This document shows positions 45,701 to 54,134 of a DNA stretch of 64,000 nt, piece by piece (within the stretch, counting starts at the first letter, position 1; the number at the start of each line of letters is the position of its first letter). Source of the stretch: a virus (Duplodnaviria > Caudoviricetes); IMG/VR virus record IMGVR_UViG_3300020576_004709, positions 9,819 to 73,818 of that record. The stretch is one strand, 5' to 3'. The notes under the pieces were generated by a model that saw nothing but the letters and a program-made list of their open reading frames with translations, did no database searches and was not told where the DNA came from. The position numbers and the translations under genes are program-made.

Positions 45701-48700
45701 CTGGCCGCCGAGCAACGACGCGGCGAACTCCGAGACGTCGGACGACGGCACCCACGGCACGCCGAGCTTGGCTTCGATGTCCTCGTGCGACACGTCCTCG
45801 GGCTGAACCTTTTCGAGCGCCGCCACGTTCGCGGCGAACTTCGGGTCGGTCTCGGCCGCCGCCCGCGCCATGGCCAGCTTCCGCCGGACGTTCCCCGAAA
45901 GGTACTGGTCGGCGGGTTGCCACCCGGCCGACGGGTCGGAGTAGGCGAGGCCGGCATCGACCAAATGCTTTTCGACCGCCTCGCGCGGCAGCGACGTCAG
46001 CGCCGCGATCCGGTCCACGTCCACGCCGCCGGATTCGTGGAGCACGACGCCGAGCGCCTCGGACGGGTCGTTCGCCTTCTCCACCTTCGACACGGCCTTG
46101 ATCGTGTCCTTGTGGAAGATGTCGGCCTTCTCGAACTTGCCCGTCTTCGGGTTGGCCTTCTCCATCGCCAGCAGGATCGGCGAATCGGGGTCGGTTCGGA
46201 ACGCCGCCTTGTTGCCCTTCGCGTTGAGCGGTCCGTGTTCCTTGACGAATTGATCGTAGACCGCGTTCAGCATGGCCCGCGCGGCGGTCGCGTCGCCGCC
46301 CGCGATCTGCGTGTTGAGCACGTCCCGCATCGCGTCCCGCACGGTCATGTGGGCCTGGATCTTCGCCGCGACCGCCGGCTTCACGTCGGCCTGCTCAACC
46401 ATCTGGTCGCCCTGGCGGATGTAGACCTTCCCGCCGTCCACCTTGAACCCGCCCGCGCGAACCTCGCCCGGTGCCGGGGTTGCCGCCGGTCCCGCGTACC
46501 GCTCCTTCGGCGCGGTCGCCGCCGAGTAGAGGCCCTTCGGCAGACGGTCGATCGCCGCGGCGAGCCGCTGTTCGTAGTCGGCCGTTCGCGTGACGTTGAC
46601 GCTGTTGCCCTGGTACATGGAACCGGTTCGGTCCACCGTGCCGAGCACCTGGCCGGGATTCTCCGCGAAGTAGCGGTTGATCGGGATGGCCTCGCCGCCG
46701 GCCGGGTCGGGAACGGTCGTCGTCTCCATCCAGTTCGTCGCGGACGGCGGTTCGCCCGGCAACCGCTTCCGCAGGATGAGCATGTCGGTCACGACGTCGG
46801 TGCCGGCGTTCGACTTGTGGGCACCGGACGGGAAGCGGATCGCCGAGACGAGGTCGCACGTCTTGCCGAGTTGCTGGCGGATGGACGGGTCCATCTTGTC
46901 CAGCGTGCCAGTGCTCGTGATGTGCATCACGAGGCCGCCGGGCCGCACGAGGTCGGCCGATTTGAGGAAGAAATAATCGTGGATGTTCGCGCCGTGCTTG
47001 TTGTACTTCGGGTCGTGGACGCGGTAGTCGCCAAACGGCACGTTGGAAGCCACGAGATCGTAGAAGCCCTCGGGTGATTGGAGCTTCTCGAACCCGTGGA
47101 CCTTCACGTTCGCGTTCGGGTAGAGGTGGCCGAGCATCCCGCCGGTCGTCGGGTCGAGTTCGACGGCGGTCGTCTTCGTGTTGCCCGCGATGTGCGACGG
47201 CATCATGCCGAGGTAGTACCCGATCCCGGCCGACGTTTCGAGAAATCGCCCGCCCTTGAAGCCGAGGCGGTCGGCCATCTTCCAGTGGGCGTCGACCACT
47301 TCCGGGGCGGTGTAGTGCGCGTTGAGCTTCGAGGCGCTCGCCGCGTCGTACTCTTCCGGGGTGAGGAGTCCTTCGAGGATCTCTCGTTCCTTGCGCCACT
47401 CGTTGCCGTACCGGTTGAACAGGCCGGGGAACTGCCCCCACCCGACGTACCGCGACATGACTTGCTGCTCTTCCGGGGTCGCGGTGGTGCGGCCCTCGGC
47501 CTTGATCGCTTGAAGGGTCTTGATCGCCGCGACGTTGGCCGCGAACTTCGTCCGCGCGCCGCCCGTCGCGAAGTCCTTCGACGTGTACTGGAAATTGCCG
47601 GTGCCCGCGTCCGTCGGGTTCTCCGGCGTCGAGGGCTTGGCTACCGACTGTTCAGCGGGAGATTGAGCAACAACTTCCGGGTTGACTCCATCTGGTCGGA
47701 CATCCCGGCTTCCACTTCCCACGCCTCGGGCCGGGCGACTTCGTCCGGCGGGGTCGGCAGAAATTGACTCAGGACGAACTCTCTCGCCGCCGACGGGTCG
47801 TTGCCCGCCGTCTCCATCCGGTCCAGCAGGTCCATCGCTTCCCAAGTCTGCGACTGTAGGTACGGCTCGAAGTCGCCCGACGTCTGCATTTCCGCCGCCA
47901 GTTCCGGGAAGTTCCGCAGCAGGTGCGCCCGGAGCATCTGTTCCCACTGGTTGCCCGGCTGGTAGCCCTGGTTCGCCGCGTCGCGGGCCTTCGTTTTCCA
48001 GTTGGTTTCGCTGCTCATCGGATGCCGCCGGGGTTTGAGGTTCTGACCCTATGCTATTCGTAATACCCTGCCCATCGAGTAGTTCGCCCATCTTCGGGGA
48101 ATCTTTGACCTTCCGCGCGGTCGGTACCTTCTCGCCCTTGCCCGCGATCGGCTGGCCGGACGCCTGATCTACTTCCTGAACTTCGTTCCCGTTCACGCGG
48201 TACGGCTTGCCGTCCACCGTCCAGAGGTTGCCCCGCGACTTCTTGATCTTCGCCCCATCGATCGGGATGCGCTTGTTCTTCATCCACGCGCCGAGGACGT
48301 GCGCGTCGCTCATGTTCGACGTGGGCAAGTGCGGGTTCTCGCCCGCGTGCGCGTTCGCGTAGCCGTGCTTGAACGCCTCGCTCGGGTTCGTCGGGGCGGC
48401 CGTCAGCCCGTGATCCTCGTCGCCCGCGTAGCCCGCGGCGAAACTACCATCCGCGTCCTGCTTCACCTGGAACTTGCCGGAGTTGTCCCCCATCTGCGGC
48501 TTCGTCTCGCCCGGCTTCGGCATCGCGGATTCCATGCCGCCGTGCAGTTCGAGGGCCTTCTCCCGCGTGATCGGCTTCCACTTCACCGCGAGGGTCTTTT
48601 GGACCGGCGCGGCCTGGCCCGCCGGAACGCCCGCCGTCGCCGGCGGCTCCGCTGGCTTCGCGCCGCCCGGCGCGGCCTCGCGCCCGCCCGCGCCGCCGGC

Positions 48701-51700
48701 CGGCTTGCCGTCCTTGTCGAACTTCAACGAGCCGAGCGTCACTTGGCCCGGACCGGCGGCCGCATTAACTCCCAACGACTGACCATCAACTCCCAACGAA
48801 GCGGGCTTTTCTGTCGTCGGCTGCGCGTCGGCTGATTCCTTTGCGACCGGGTAGCCGTCTGCGGCCTTGCCAACGCGGTACCATTCGCCGTCCATCTTGA
48901 ACCGGCTGCCCGCCGCGCGCTGCTCGATATTCAATCCGTGCTCGGCGGCGAACTCCTCGGCTTTCTGGTGGTCGAGTTCCCGGTGCGCGTCGTCGAGGCT
49001 GAGTTGCTGGCCGGCCTTCGGCGAGGCGGCCGGGAGTTTGATGAGGTCGCCGAGGAGGTTGCGCGTCATGCCGGGCGGCGTCGGCTTGTCGCCCGCGTCC
49101 GGTGCCGGCGGGATGGCCTCGCCGGGGTTCGGGTCTTTTCGTGCCGGGGAAACCGATGCGGGTTGATCGTCGGCGGATTGGCCTCGGGCCTTCGCGTACT
49201 CGGCCCGCTGCTTGTCGCTGAGGGAGTTCCACGGAGTCTTGGCGAGGGTCTCGGCATACTCGTCGTCGTGGCCCGCGTTGGTCCAGTGCTCCAAGCGATC
49301 CTCGTGCGCGTCGGCCTGGTAGTCGTCGGAGGTGAGGTTCTTCTTGCCGAACGCTTCGTCGTTGAGATCGGGCGCGGCGGGCTTTGGCTGCTCGGCCGGC
49401 TTCGCGAGGAAGTCGCCGAGGATGTCGTCCTGCTGCTTCGATGCCGGTTTGGATTCGGGCTTTGCAATCTCGGCATCGAGCAAGTCGTTCGGAGCGTGCG
49501 GCGACGCGCTCAGACCTGGGGCTTGATTTGGGCCTGCTGGCTGAGGAGTTCCCGCGTCCCCCGTTCCGCCCGCTGCTTTTGCTCCGGCGTCATCGCCCAC
49601 GGCCGGGGCACCGGCGGGGGTTGTGAGGGGGCGGCCGAGTTCGGCGTCGATGGCGGCGTTGATGCCGGCAAGGGACTGCTGCTTGACATGATCCTTCTCC
49701 GTTTGCGACTTCGCCGTCGCGAGCTGGATGGCGGCCACCTTGACCGCCTGGGAAATCGGGCCGCTGCGGTTCTGCAAGCGGTTGAACACTTCGAGGCGGT
49801 ACGCGGAGTCCTGCTTCCGCTTCTGGTTCTCGTCGATCGCCAGCACGTTGCCGGCACCGGCCACCCGCCCCGCGCGGGCCTCGCTGGACACCGCCGCGTA
49901 GTCGCCGACCGCCTGGGAGAGCTTTCGCCCGGCGAACGACTGGATTTCAACCTCCTGGTCGAACGTGTTCTTCTCGTTCTCGAAATCGCCGAAGAGGTTC
50001 GTTTCCTTCTCGGTGTAGCTTCCCGCGTCGGCCATCTTCCGCGCGGCGGTCTCGATCTCGGAACGGTTCCATTCCCGTTCGCCGTTCTCGGCCCGGCGCT
50101 CGAGCTTCTGGAACAACTGCTCTTGCCTCGCGTGGTCGGGGAGATTCTTCGCCACCGCGACGGCGGTTGCCTCGTCGAGTTGGCCGTTCGTGAGCCGCTG
50201 GAACGACCGCTCGTTCAGGTTCGCGAGCGCGACCGCGTCTTGGGCCATCTTGCCCGAAACGCTCAGGCCGGCGTTGCGCAGGTGCTCGATGCCCTCGCCG
50301 GTGTCGCGCAGGTACTTCGCCGCGTCGATGGCCGTGCCACGCCCCTCGGCGATGTTGGCCAGCGCGCCGCGGCTGCGGGCTTCGACCGCGTCCTTCGCGT
50401 CGATGTACCGGACGTTCATCGTGTCCTGGCCGGTCCGCTCGGCGAGGCCGTGCCGGTTGTGGCCGTTGACGACCACGTCTTGACCGCTCGCGGGATCCCG
50501 CCACGCGAGGATCGCCCCGCCGAGTTCCGGGTTCCACTTCGCGGCGCCTTTGAGTTCGCTGCCGATCCCGCCCTCGTCGACGTCCATCACCTTGTACTGG
50601 AACCGCTTCGGGTCGCGTACCAAACTCGACGTCGGCACGGTGTAGACGTCCGACGGCGACGGTACCGACGGCGTACCGTTCGGTCGCTTGGCCACTTCGC
50701 CGGACTGGACGGCGGCAACCGGTCGATCGACCGACGCGCCGGCGGCCTTCGTCTCGGGTCGCAACCACTGCTGCATGGTCGATTCGGTCGCGCCGGCGGT
50801 CGCGTCCTTGCGGTACGGCTCGACTTCGTCGCCCTTCAAGAGCTTGTCCGACTGCTCGGTCCCGTAGGCCGCGCGCGGGCTGGCCCCGTGCATTCCGCCC
50901 GTCATGCCCTTGATGACCGCGTCGGCCATCTGGTGCCGGCTCATGCCGAACGTGTTGCCCCATTGGGTGTGCTTCTCGACCATGTCGGCGAGTTCGCCCC
51001 TCGGGATCTTGTGGAGGTTCTCTTGGAGATCCTTGACGTGCTCGCCGGTGAACTGGCCCTGTCCGTGCGCGGCGGCCGCGCGCTGCACCGCTTCCTGGTG
51101 CGGCGAGAACTGCGGCCCCTTGTCCTTGCCCGCGTGCGGGTCGGGGATGTAGCCGGCCTGGATGAGCGCGTGCGTCTGTAGCGATTGCACCATCGCGTCC
51201 CGCCGGCGGCCGTTGGTGAACCGCGTCGCGAGGCGGTCGCGCACCCGCTTCAACTCGTTCACGTTCAGCGCGTCGAGATGGCCCGCCAACTGGCGGAACG
51301 TCTTCGGAGAAGCCTTGTCGTTCATCACGTCGCCGGCCAGCTTGATCGCGTCGGCCTTCGACGCCTGGGTCTTGTCGTATTTCTGCTTCGACTCGGTCGC
51401 CGCCTGCGCGTAGTGCTGTTCGCCGCCCTGCTGCGCGTGGAGCGCGGCCTTCGCCTTCGGGCCGTACAGCGTCTTGCCCGCGTGGTCGCCCATCCCGACC
51501 GCCTTCACGTTGCCGGTCGAAGTCTGCTGCGCCATCCACATGAACGCGCGGGGCTGCTGCCCCGCCTGCATCGCGTCCATCGAATCGCCGGCCGAGTTGT
51601 CCCCGCTGAGCATGTCCTGCAAAACGTCGATCGCGTGCCCGAAACCGTGCTGGTGCCCCTCCATCTGGGCGCGTAGCCGCAGGTTCATGATCGCGAGCAG

Positions 51701-53302
51701 GATCGCCCGCGACATTTCGGGGTTGCCGTTAACCTGGCGTTCGCCCGGTGCCGGATCGGTGTCGACTTCGGTGCCCTCGCCCGACGCGCCTTCGAGGTCG
51801 GTATCGTCCTCGTCCTCGACGTCCTCGTGACCGCCGAACGCCGTGACGCCCTTGACCGGCTGGCCGTCCTTGCCGGGGATGCCGGCCTTCGGATCGAAAT
51901 CCGGCTTGCCGCCGCCGGCGGGCGGTGCGGTCGGAGCGCCCGGCACCGGAGCGCCGCCCATGCCACCCATTCCGCCCATGCCCGGAAACCCGCCGACCGA
52001 CATGCCGGACATGGCCGCGTTCTGGCCGACGAGTTTGTCGGCCGCGTTCTTCGGCGATTCGAGGCCGAGCGTCTGTTGCACCTGCGCGAGGGACAGGCCG
52101 TGCATTCCGAGGAGGTCTTGGCCGAGCTTGAGCACGTTGCCCCGCTTCAAGCGCTGGTCGGGCGACATGCCGCCGAGGAGCACGCGGGGAAGCCCGATGT
52201 CCCGGTCGGTGTAGTTGAGCTTCATCAACGGCTTGACGATCTGGTAGCGGATGACGTTACACACTTCCATCGCGAGCATCCATTCGCCGAGTTCCGTGAC
52301 GCCCCGCGCGACGGTCGAATCGCCGATGTCCGATCCGCTCTGCCCTTCGAGGAACGGCAGGTAGGCCCACCGCGTCGCCGTGTAGACTTCCTTCCGCCAG
52401 TCGTCGAGGGCCGACTGAAACGTCTCGCTCGTCCCGGTCGCGAAGTCGAGAACTTCAATCGAATCTTCCGGGGCGCAGTTGATGTAACCCATCGACCGGG
52501 CGCGTTCGAGGAGATCGGCCGCGACGAGCCTGGCTTCCGGGTCGCTGAACTTGCCGACCAAGAACGGCCCGGTGAAGTTCTGGATCATGATGAGCCGGAG
52601 CTTCGTCGTGCTCTCGATCATCGTCGCCGCCCGCAACGCGCCGCGGAACATGCTGCGGCCATACGGGTTCTTGAAGAGCGATTGGTAGCTGAAGAGCGTG
52701 AACTTGCCGGGGTCGAACAGGATGCCGGAGTTTGCCCGGTTCGCGCGGATGCCCACGACGTTTCGGAATGCGTCGATGTCCATGTTGACGTAGTTGACGT
52801 CGATGGGATCGAGCGCCGCGAGACAGAGGTATTTCCGCCACGAACCCATTTCCGGATAGTCAAGCACGATTTCGTTGAGGCCGTAGCCGTCGATGAGCGC
52901 ACCGGTCGCGATGTTCTTGATGACCGCGTGCCAACCGCCGTTCGCGCATTCGTCGATCGCCGCCTTCGCGTACTCCGCGGCCTCCTTGTTCTTCGGGTGC
53001 CGGTCGTCATACGGCAACACCTGCGGCTCGTAGGAACAGATCCGGGCAATCATCGAGTCGAACGCCGAAATCACCGTCGGCTCGCGAAGCATCAGTTCCC
53101 GGTACTTCTGGCGCTTCTCCGGCGTTTCGAGCGTGAGGTTCTCGAAGCTGTTCGGGTTCGTGAAGAACGACCGCATCCACTCCGTTCGGAACTGCCGGCG
53201 CTGGAACTCGGTCACGTCCGGCATGACCAGTTGCCGGCCGCTCGGCCCGGTGCCGTACTGGTTGAGCTTGTCGTTGGAGTTCGCGTACAGCGTCGAGAAC
53301 AT
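42794..53302 (-). CDS. 3502-aa fusion: portal (DUF935/Mu gp29-like) + ParB-like domain + N6-adenine MTase + SNF2/DEAH helicase (DarB-like polyvalent protein)
   Basis: Portal: YRELMLREP..NPYGRSMFR..GPFLVGKF; ParB-like: RFQYK..KWNPELGG..VVNGHNR; MTase: FLETSAGIG, SNVPFG; helicase: HEVGTGKT, VDEAH, ATGTP, QRNGRAWRQGN; no stop in 10.5 kb. Confidence 0.9.
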   Translation of the reverse strand: MFSTLYANSNDKLNQYGTGPSGRQLVMPDVTEFQRRQFRTEWMRSFFTNPNSFENLTLETPEKRQKYRELMLREPTVISAFDSMIARICSYEPQVLPYDDRHPKNKEAAEYAKAAIDECANGGWHAVIKNIATGALIDGYGLNEIVLDYPEMGSWRKYLCLAALDPIDVNYVNMDIDAFRNVVGIRANRANSGILFDPGKFTLFSYQSLFKNPYGRSMFRGALRAATMIESTTKLRLIMIQNFTGPFLVGKFSDPEARLVAADLLERARSMGYINCAPEDSIEVLDFATGTSETFQSALDDWRKEVYTATRWAYLPFLEGQSGSDIGDSTVARGVTELGEWMLAMEVCNVIRYQIVKPLMKLNYTDRDIGLPRVLLGGMSPDQRLKRGNVLKLGQDLLGMHGLSLAQVQQTLGLESPKNAADKLVGQNAAMSGMSVGGFPGMGGMGGMGGAPVPGAPTAPPAGGGKPDFDPKAGIPGKDGQPVKGVTAFGGHEDVEDEDDTDLEGASGEGTEVDTDPAPGERQVNGNPEMSRAILLAIMNLRLRAQMEGHQHGFGHAIDVLQDMLSGDNSAGDSMDAMQAGQQPRAFMWMAQQTSTGNVKAVGMGDHAGKTLYGPKAKAALHAQQGGEQHYAQAATESKQKYDKTQASKADAIKLAGDVMNDKASPKTFRQLAGHLDALNVNELKRVRDRLATRFTNGRRRDAMVQSLQTHALIQAGYIPDPHAGKDKGPQFSPHQEAVQRAAAAHGQGQFTGEHVKDLQENLHKIPRGELADMVEKHTQWGNTFGMSRHQMADAVIKGMTGGMHGASPRAAYGTEQSDKLLKGDEVEPYRKDATAGATESTMQQWLRPETKAAGASVDRPVAAVQSGEVAKRPNGTPSVPSPSDVYTVPTSSLVRDPKRFQYKVMDVDEGGIGSELKGAAKWNPELGGAILAWRDPASGQDVVVNGHNRHGLAERTGQDTMNVRYIDAKDAVEARSRGALANIAEGRGTAIDAAKYLRDTGEGIEHLRNAGLSVSGKMAQDAVALANLNERSFQRLTNGQLDEATAVAVAKNLPDHARQEQLFQKLERRAENGEREWNRSEIETAARKMADAGSYTEKETNLFGDFENEKNTFDQEVEIQSFAGRKLSQAVGDYAAVSSEARAGRVAGAGNVLAIDENQKRKQDSAYRLEVFNRLQNRSGPISQAVKVAAIQLATAKSQTEKDHVKQQSLAGINAAIDAELGRPLTTPAGAPAVGDDAGAKAAGGTGDAGTPQPAGPNQAPGLSASPHAPNDLLDAEIAKPESKPASKQQDDILGDFLAKPAEQPKPAAPDLNDEAFGKKNLTSDDYQADAHEDRLEHWTNAGHDDEYAETLAKTPWNSLSDKQRAEYAKARGQSADDQPASVSPARKDPNPGEAIPPAPDAGDKPTPPGMTRNLLGDLIKLPAASPKAGQQLSLDDAHRELDHQKAEEFAAEHGLNIEQRAAGSRFKMDGEWYRVGKAADGYPVAKESADAQPTTEKPASLGVDGQSLGVNAAAGPGQVTLGSLKFDKDGKPAGGAGGREAAPGGAKPAEPPATAGVPAGQAAPVQKTLAVKWKPITREKALELHGGMESAMPKPGETKPQMGDNSGKFQVKQDADGSFAAGYAGDEDHGLTAAPTNPSEAFKHGYANAHAGENPHLPTSNMSDAHVLGAWMKNKRIPIDGAKIKKSRGNLWTVDGKPYRVNGNEVQEVDQASGQPIAGKGEKVPTARKVKDSPKMGELLDGQGITNSIGSEPQTPAASDEQRNQLENEGPRRGEPGLPAGQPVGTDAPGAPAAELPGTGGGNADVGRLRAVPTVADLGSDGPAGPDGDGGQRPVGGERVRPESISADPAGRSRPARGVGSGSRDVRPDGVNPEVVAQSPAEQSVAKPSTPENPTDAGTGNFQYTSKDFATGGARTKFAANVAAIKTLQAIKAEGRTTATPEEQQVMSRYVGWGQFPGLFNRYGNEWRKEREILEGLLTPEEYDAASASKLNAHYTAPEVVDAHWKMADRLGFKGGRFLETSAGIGYYLGMMPSHIAGNTKTTAVELDPTTGGMLGHLYPNANVKVHGFEKLQSPEGFYDLVASNVPFGDYRVHDPKYNKHGANIHDYFFLKSADLVRPGGLVMHITSTGTLDKMDPSIRQQLGKTCDLVSAIRFPSGAHKSNAGTDVVTDMLILRKRLPGEPPSATNWMETTTVPDPAGGEAIPINRYFAENPGQVLGTVDRTGSMYQGNSVNVTRTADYEQRLAAAIDRLPKGLYSAATAPKERYAGPAATPAPGEVRAGGFKVDGGKVYIRQGDQMVEQADVKPAVAAKIQAHMTVRDAMRDVLNTQIAGGDATAARAMLNAVYDQFVKEHGPLNAKGNKAAFRTDPDSPILLAMEKANPKTGKFEKADIFHKDTIKAVSKVEKANDPSEALGVVLHESGGVDVDRIAALTSLPREAVEKHLVDAGLAYSDPSAGWQPADQYLSGNVRRKLAMARAAAETDPKFAANVAALEKVQPEDVSHEDIEAKLGVPWVPSSDVSEFAASLLGGQNHHFKISYLPHSGAWIANYSNEGKRYVANTKTATEVWATPRKSFDELFEAALNNTSVRVTDKISDGSTVVNREETDNANAKIQEIKDKFKEWLWTDDERRDRLHRHYNDNFNNVVPMKYNGQHLQFPGMNPGVKLRDHQANAVWQVVTTGKGLLGHEVGTGKTYTMGAAAMELRRLGLAKKPAIACLKANIEQVTRELQHLYPGAKILSTVDNFDKANRKKTISQIATGDYDMVIMTHDNLDMLQMKPETVAEHIRDELKELEAVRSEMMANEPKGKQSRAQTSLENAKKNLEAKLQEALDPSRKDDAVFFEETGIDHIFVDEAHNYKSLPCYTKQQGLKGVPTGRSAKATAMYMRTKWLMENNGGRGVVFATGTPVDNTMAELYNMQRYLQPQELKERGLHTFDAWASTFGDVQTKMEFTVAGDYKPVSRFAKFTNIPELMQMSRQMLDIQRADAMKNPDGSASLIRPKREDSYETAPKTPEIARLMDSLQTRAQNLKRGGKDNMLVICTDGRKGALDMRLLDPNAVDHPDSKTNLAVRNVLKINKEHPGRTQMIFSDIGVNDIGEKGGDDDNLGLADVYDKPGEEGDVNAGNSFNLYGDIIEKLVKGGIPREKIADFSKLAGEKKENAMQAMREGKILVAIGSSKKMGTGVNVQDKLYALHHLDVPWTPASVEQRNGRAWRQGNMNDPSKAAHEQQVKIVSYVTEGSLDRTFWQIIGNKLRFVKQVMTPGGTTQRAVGEEDAAQLTPEQLMAAASGDPRVLQKVQLDEDLKNLHAGRKRHDSEQYKLKAAVASGERNLPMLERHAENLAKDAGDMEKHVDFKIHLNGQDYADRPEAEKALEQALKDVQDPYGIGVRVGQFKGLQLMRRGEKLYLESKHHDSRFGVGESLKSIEYVARNLQKGADAAKDDIARAKADIARTKAGIGKEFPKAAELKQKMEALKKLEEELKGENKKPAEGTPEAEKSK
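47641..48018 (-). CDS. nested same-strand gene inside the giant ORF (TnpV-like helical protein, tentative)
   Basis: Protein-like composition (MLRAHLLRNFPELAAEMQTSGDFEPYLQ..EAMDLLDRM) where the giant frame reads as Gly/Arg/Pro-rich off-frame text. Confidence 0.6.
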   Translation of the reverse strand: MSSETNWKTKARDAANQGYQPGNQWEQMLRAHLLRNFPELAAEMQTSGDFEPYLQSQTWEAMDLLDRMETAGNDPSAAREFVLSQFLPTPPDEVARPEAWEVEAGMSDQMESTRKLLLNLPLNSR

Positions 53303-53390
53303 GGGGGTTGCCGCCGGTGAGGTCGTTGAGCCGTCTTGGGTTCGATCTTATGCGATGCCGCGAGGAAATGAAACGCCGTCGCCCGACCGC

Positions 53391-53436
53391 GAAGGTTGGT
53401 TGAAATTTGGTTCGCATTTGGTTCGCGTTTGGTTCG
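53391..53436. repeat. four 11-bp-phased TGGTTCG repeats
   Basis: Cores at 53397, 53408, 53419, 53430; inverted near-copy of 4053-4098. Confidence 0.75.
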
Positions 53437-53447
53437 TTTTCGAGAAA

Positions 53448-53486
53448 CGAGCGCATTTCGAGCGATTTCCGAGCGCAATTCGAGCG
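53448..53486. repeat. four 11-bp-phased CGAGCG repeats
   Basis: Cores at 53448, 53459, 53470, 53481. Confidence 0.65.
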
Positions 53487-53521
53487 CCGCCCGGTCGAAA
53501 TCGGGCGCGCACCACCGGCAT

Positions 53522-53890
53522 TATCCTCCAACACTGCTAACCGCAGGGAAGACAAGGGAATTAGAGTGCTGCGCCAACGTGGCCGAAACCACACCAAACG
53601 AGCGAACTTCGGAACCGGCAGTTGCGTCCTGTGACGGACTGAGTGTTGGAGTCCCCGTTGACAGCCATTGGTCAGAGCGGGGTTTATTGCAACTGCGATC
53701 GGCCCTCCCGAAGTCCTTCACTTCCCCTGCGGTGCCCGGTGGTGAGGCACCGCCCTCGACGGGGAACTCTCGCGGGTACGCTATGCCCCGCGCCGGCCGG
53801 CCGATAGGTAAGAACGCCGCGCGAACGGGCGAAAGCCCCGTTCTGAAGAACCATGCCGCGCTGAGGACGGCTATTCGGCTGTTGCTTTTT
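53522..53890 (+). ncRNA. candidate large structured ncRNA of unknown class
   Basis: More than ten stems in two multibranch domains, a 10-bp pseudoknot, a GAAA tetraloop and a terminal hairpin plus T5, in a gap with no credible ORF. Confidence 0.65.
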
Positions 53891-54134
53891 ATCGACCGCT
53901 TTGGTGGAAAGTGACCGAAATGCGTTGAAGTGGCCTATTCGGAATCGTATTATTCCGACGTCGACCGCTGCATTTCAATCGAGCCGCTCGAAGCTATCAA
54001 CTTCGGCGGCTTTTTCATTTCCTTCGCCTCATCGGTTCTAGGCCACCCCCGGCCGCGCGTCCAAGAAAAAATCCGCTTGACGTTCCGGGGAACATCAAGC
54101 GGATTGCTTAACAAGCCAAATCTGTCAAGTAATC

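Noticed and set aside
53391-53486. Phased arrays as a CRISPR array
   Set aside because: Period is 11 bp with no unique spacers; no cas genes
53861-53890. CTGAGGA plus hairpin as a hammerhead ribozyme core
   Set aside because: No GAAA after stem II; the hairpin plus T-run fits a terminator better
53522-53890. Group I/II intron, tmRNA, RNase P or cobalamin riboswitch identity for the structured region
   Set aside because: No GTGCG start or domain V, no convincing P7/J8-7, no tRNA-like ends, no GAGGAAAGTCC, no complete B12 box; it also does not interrupt a gene
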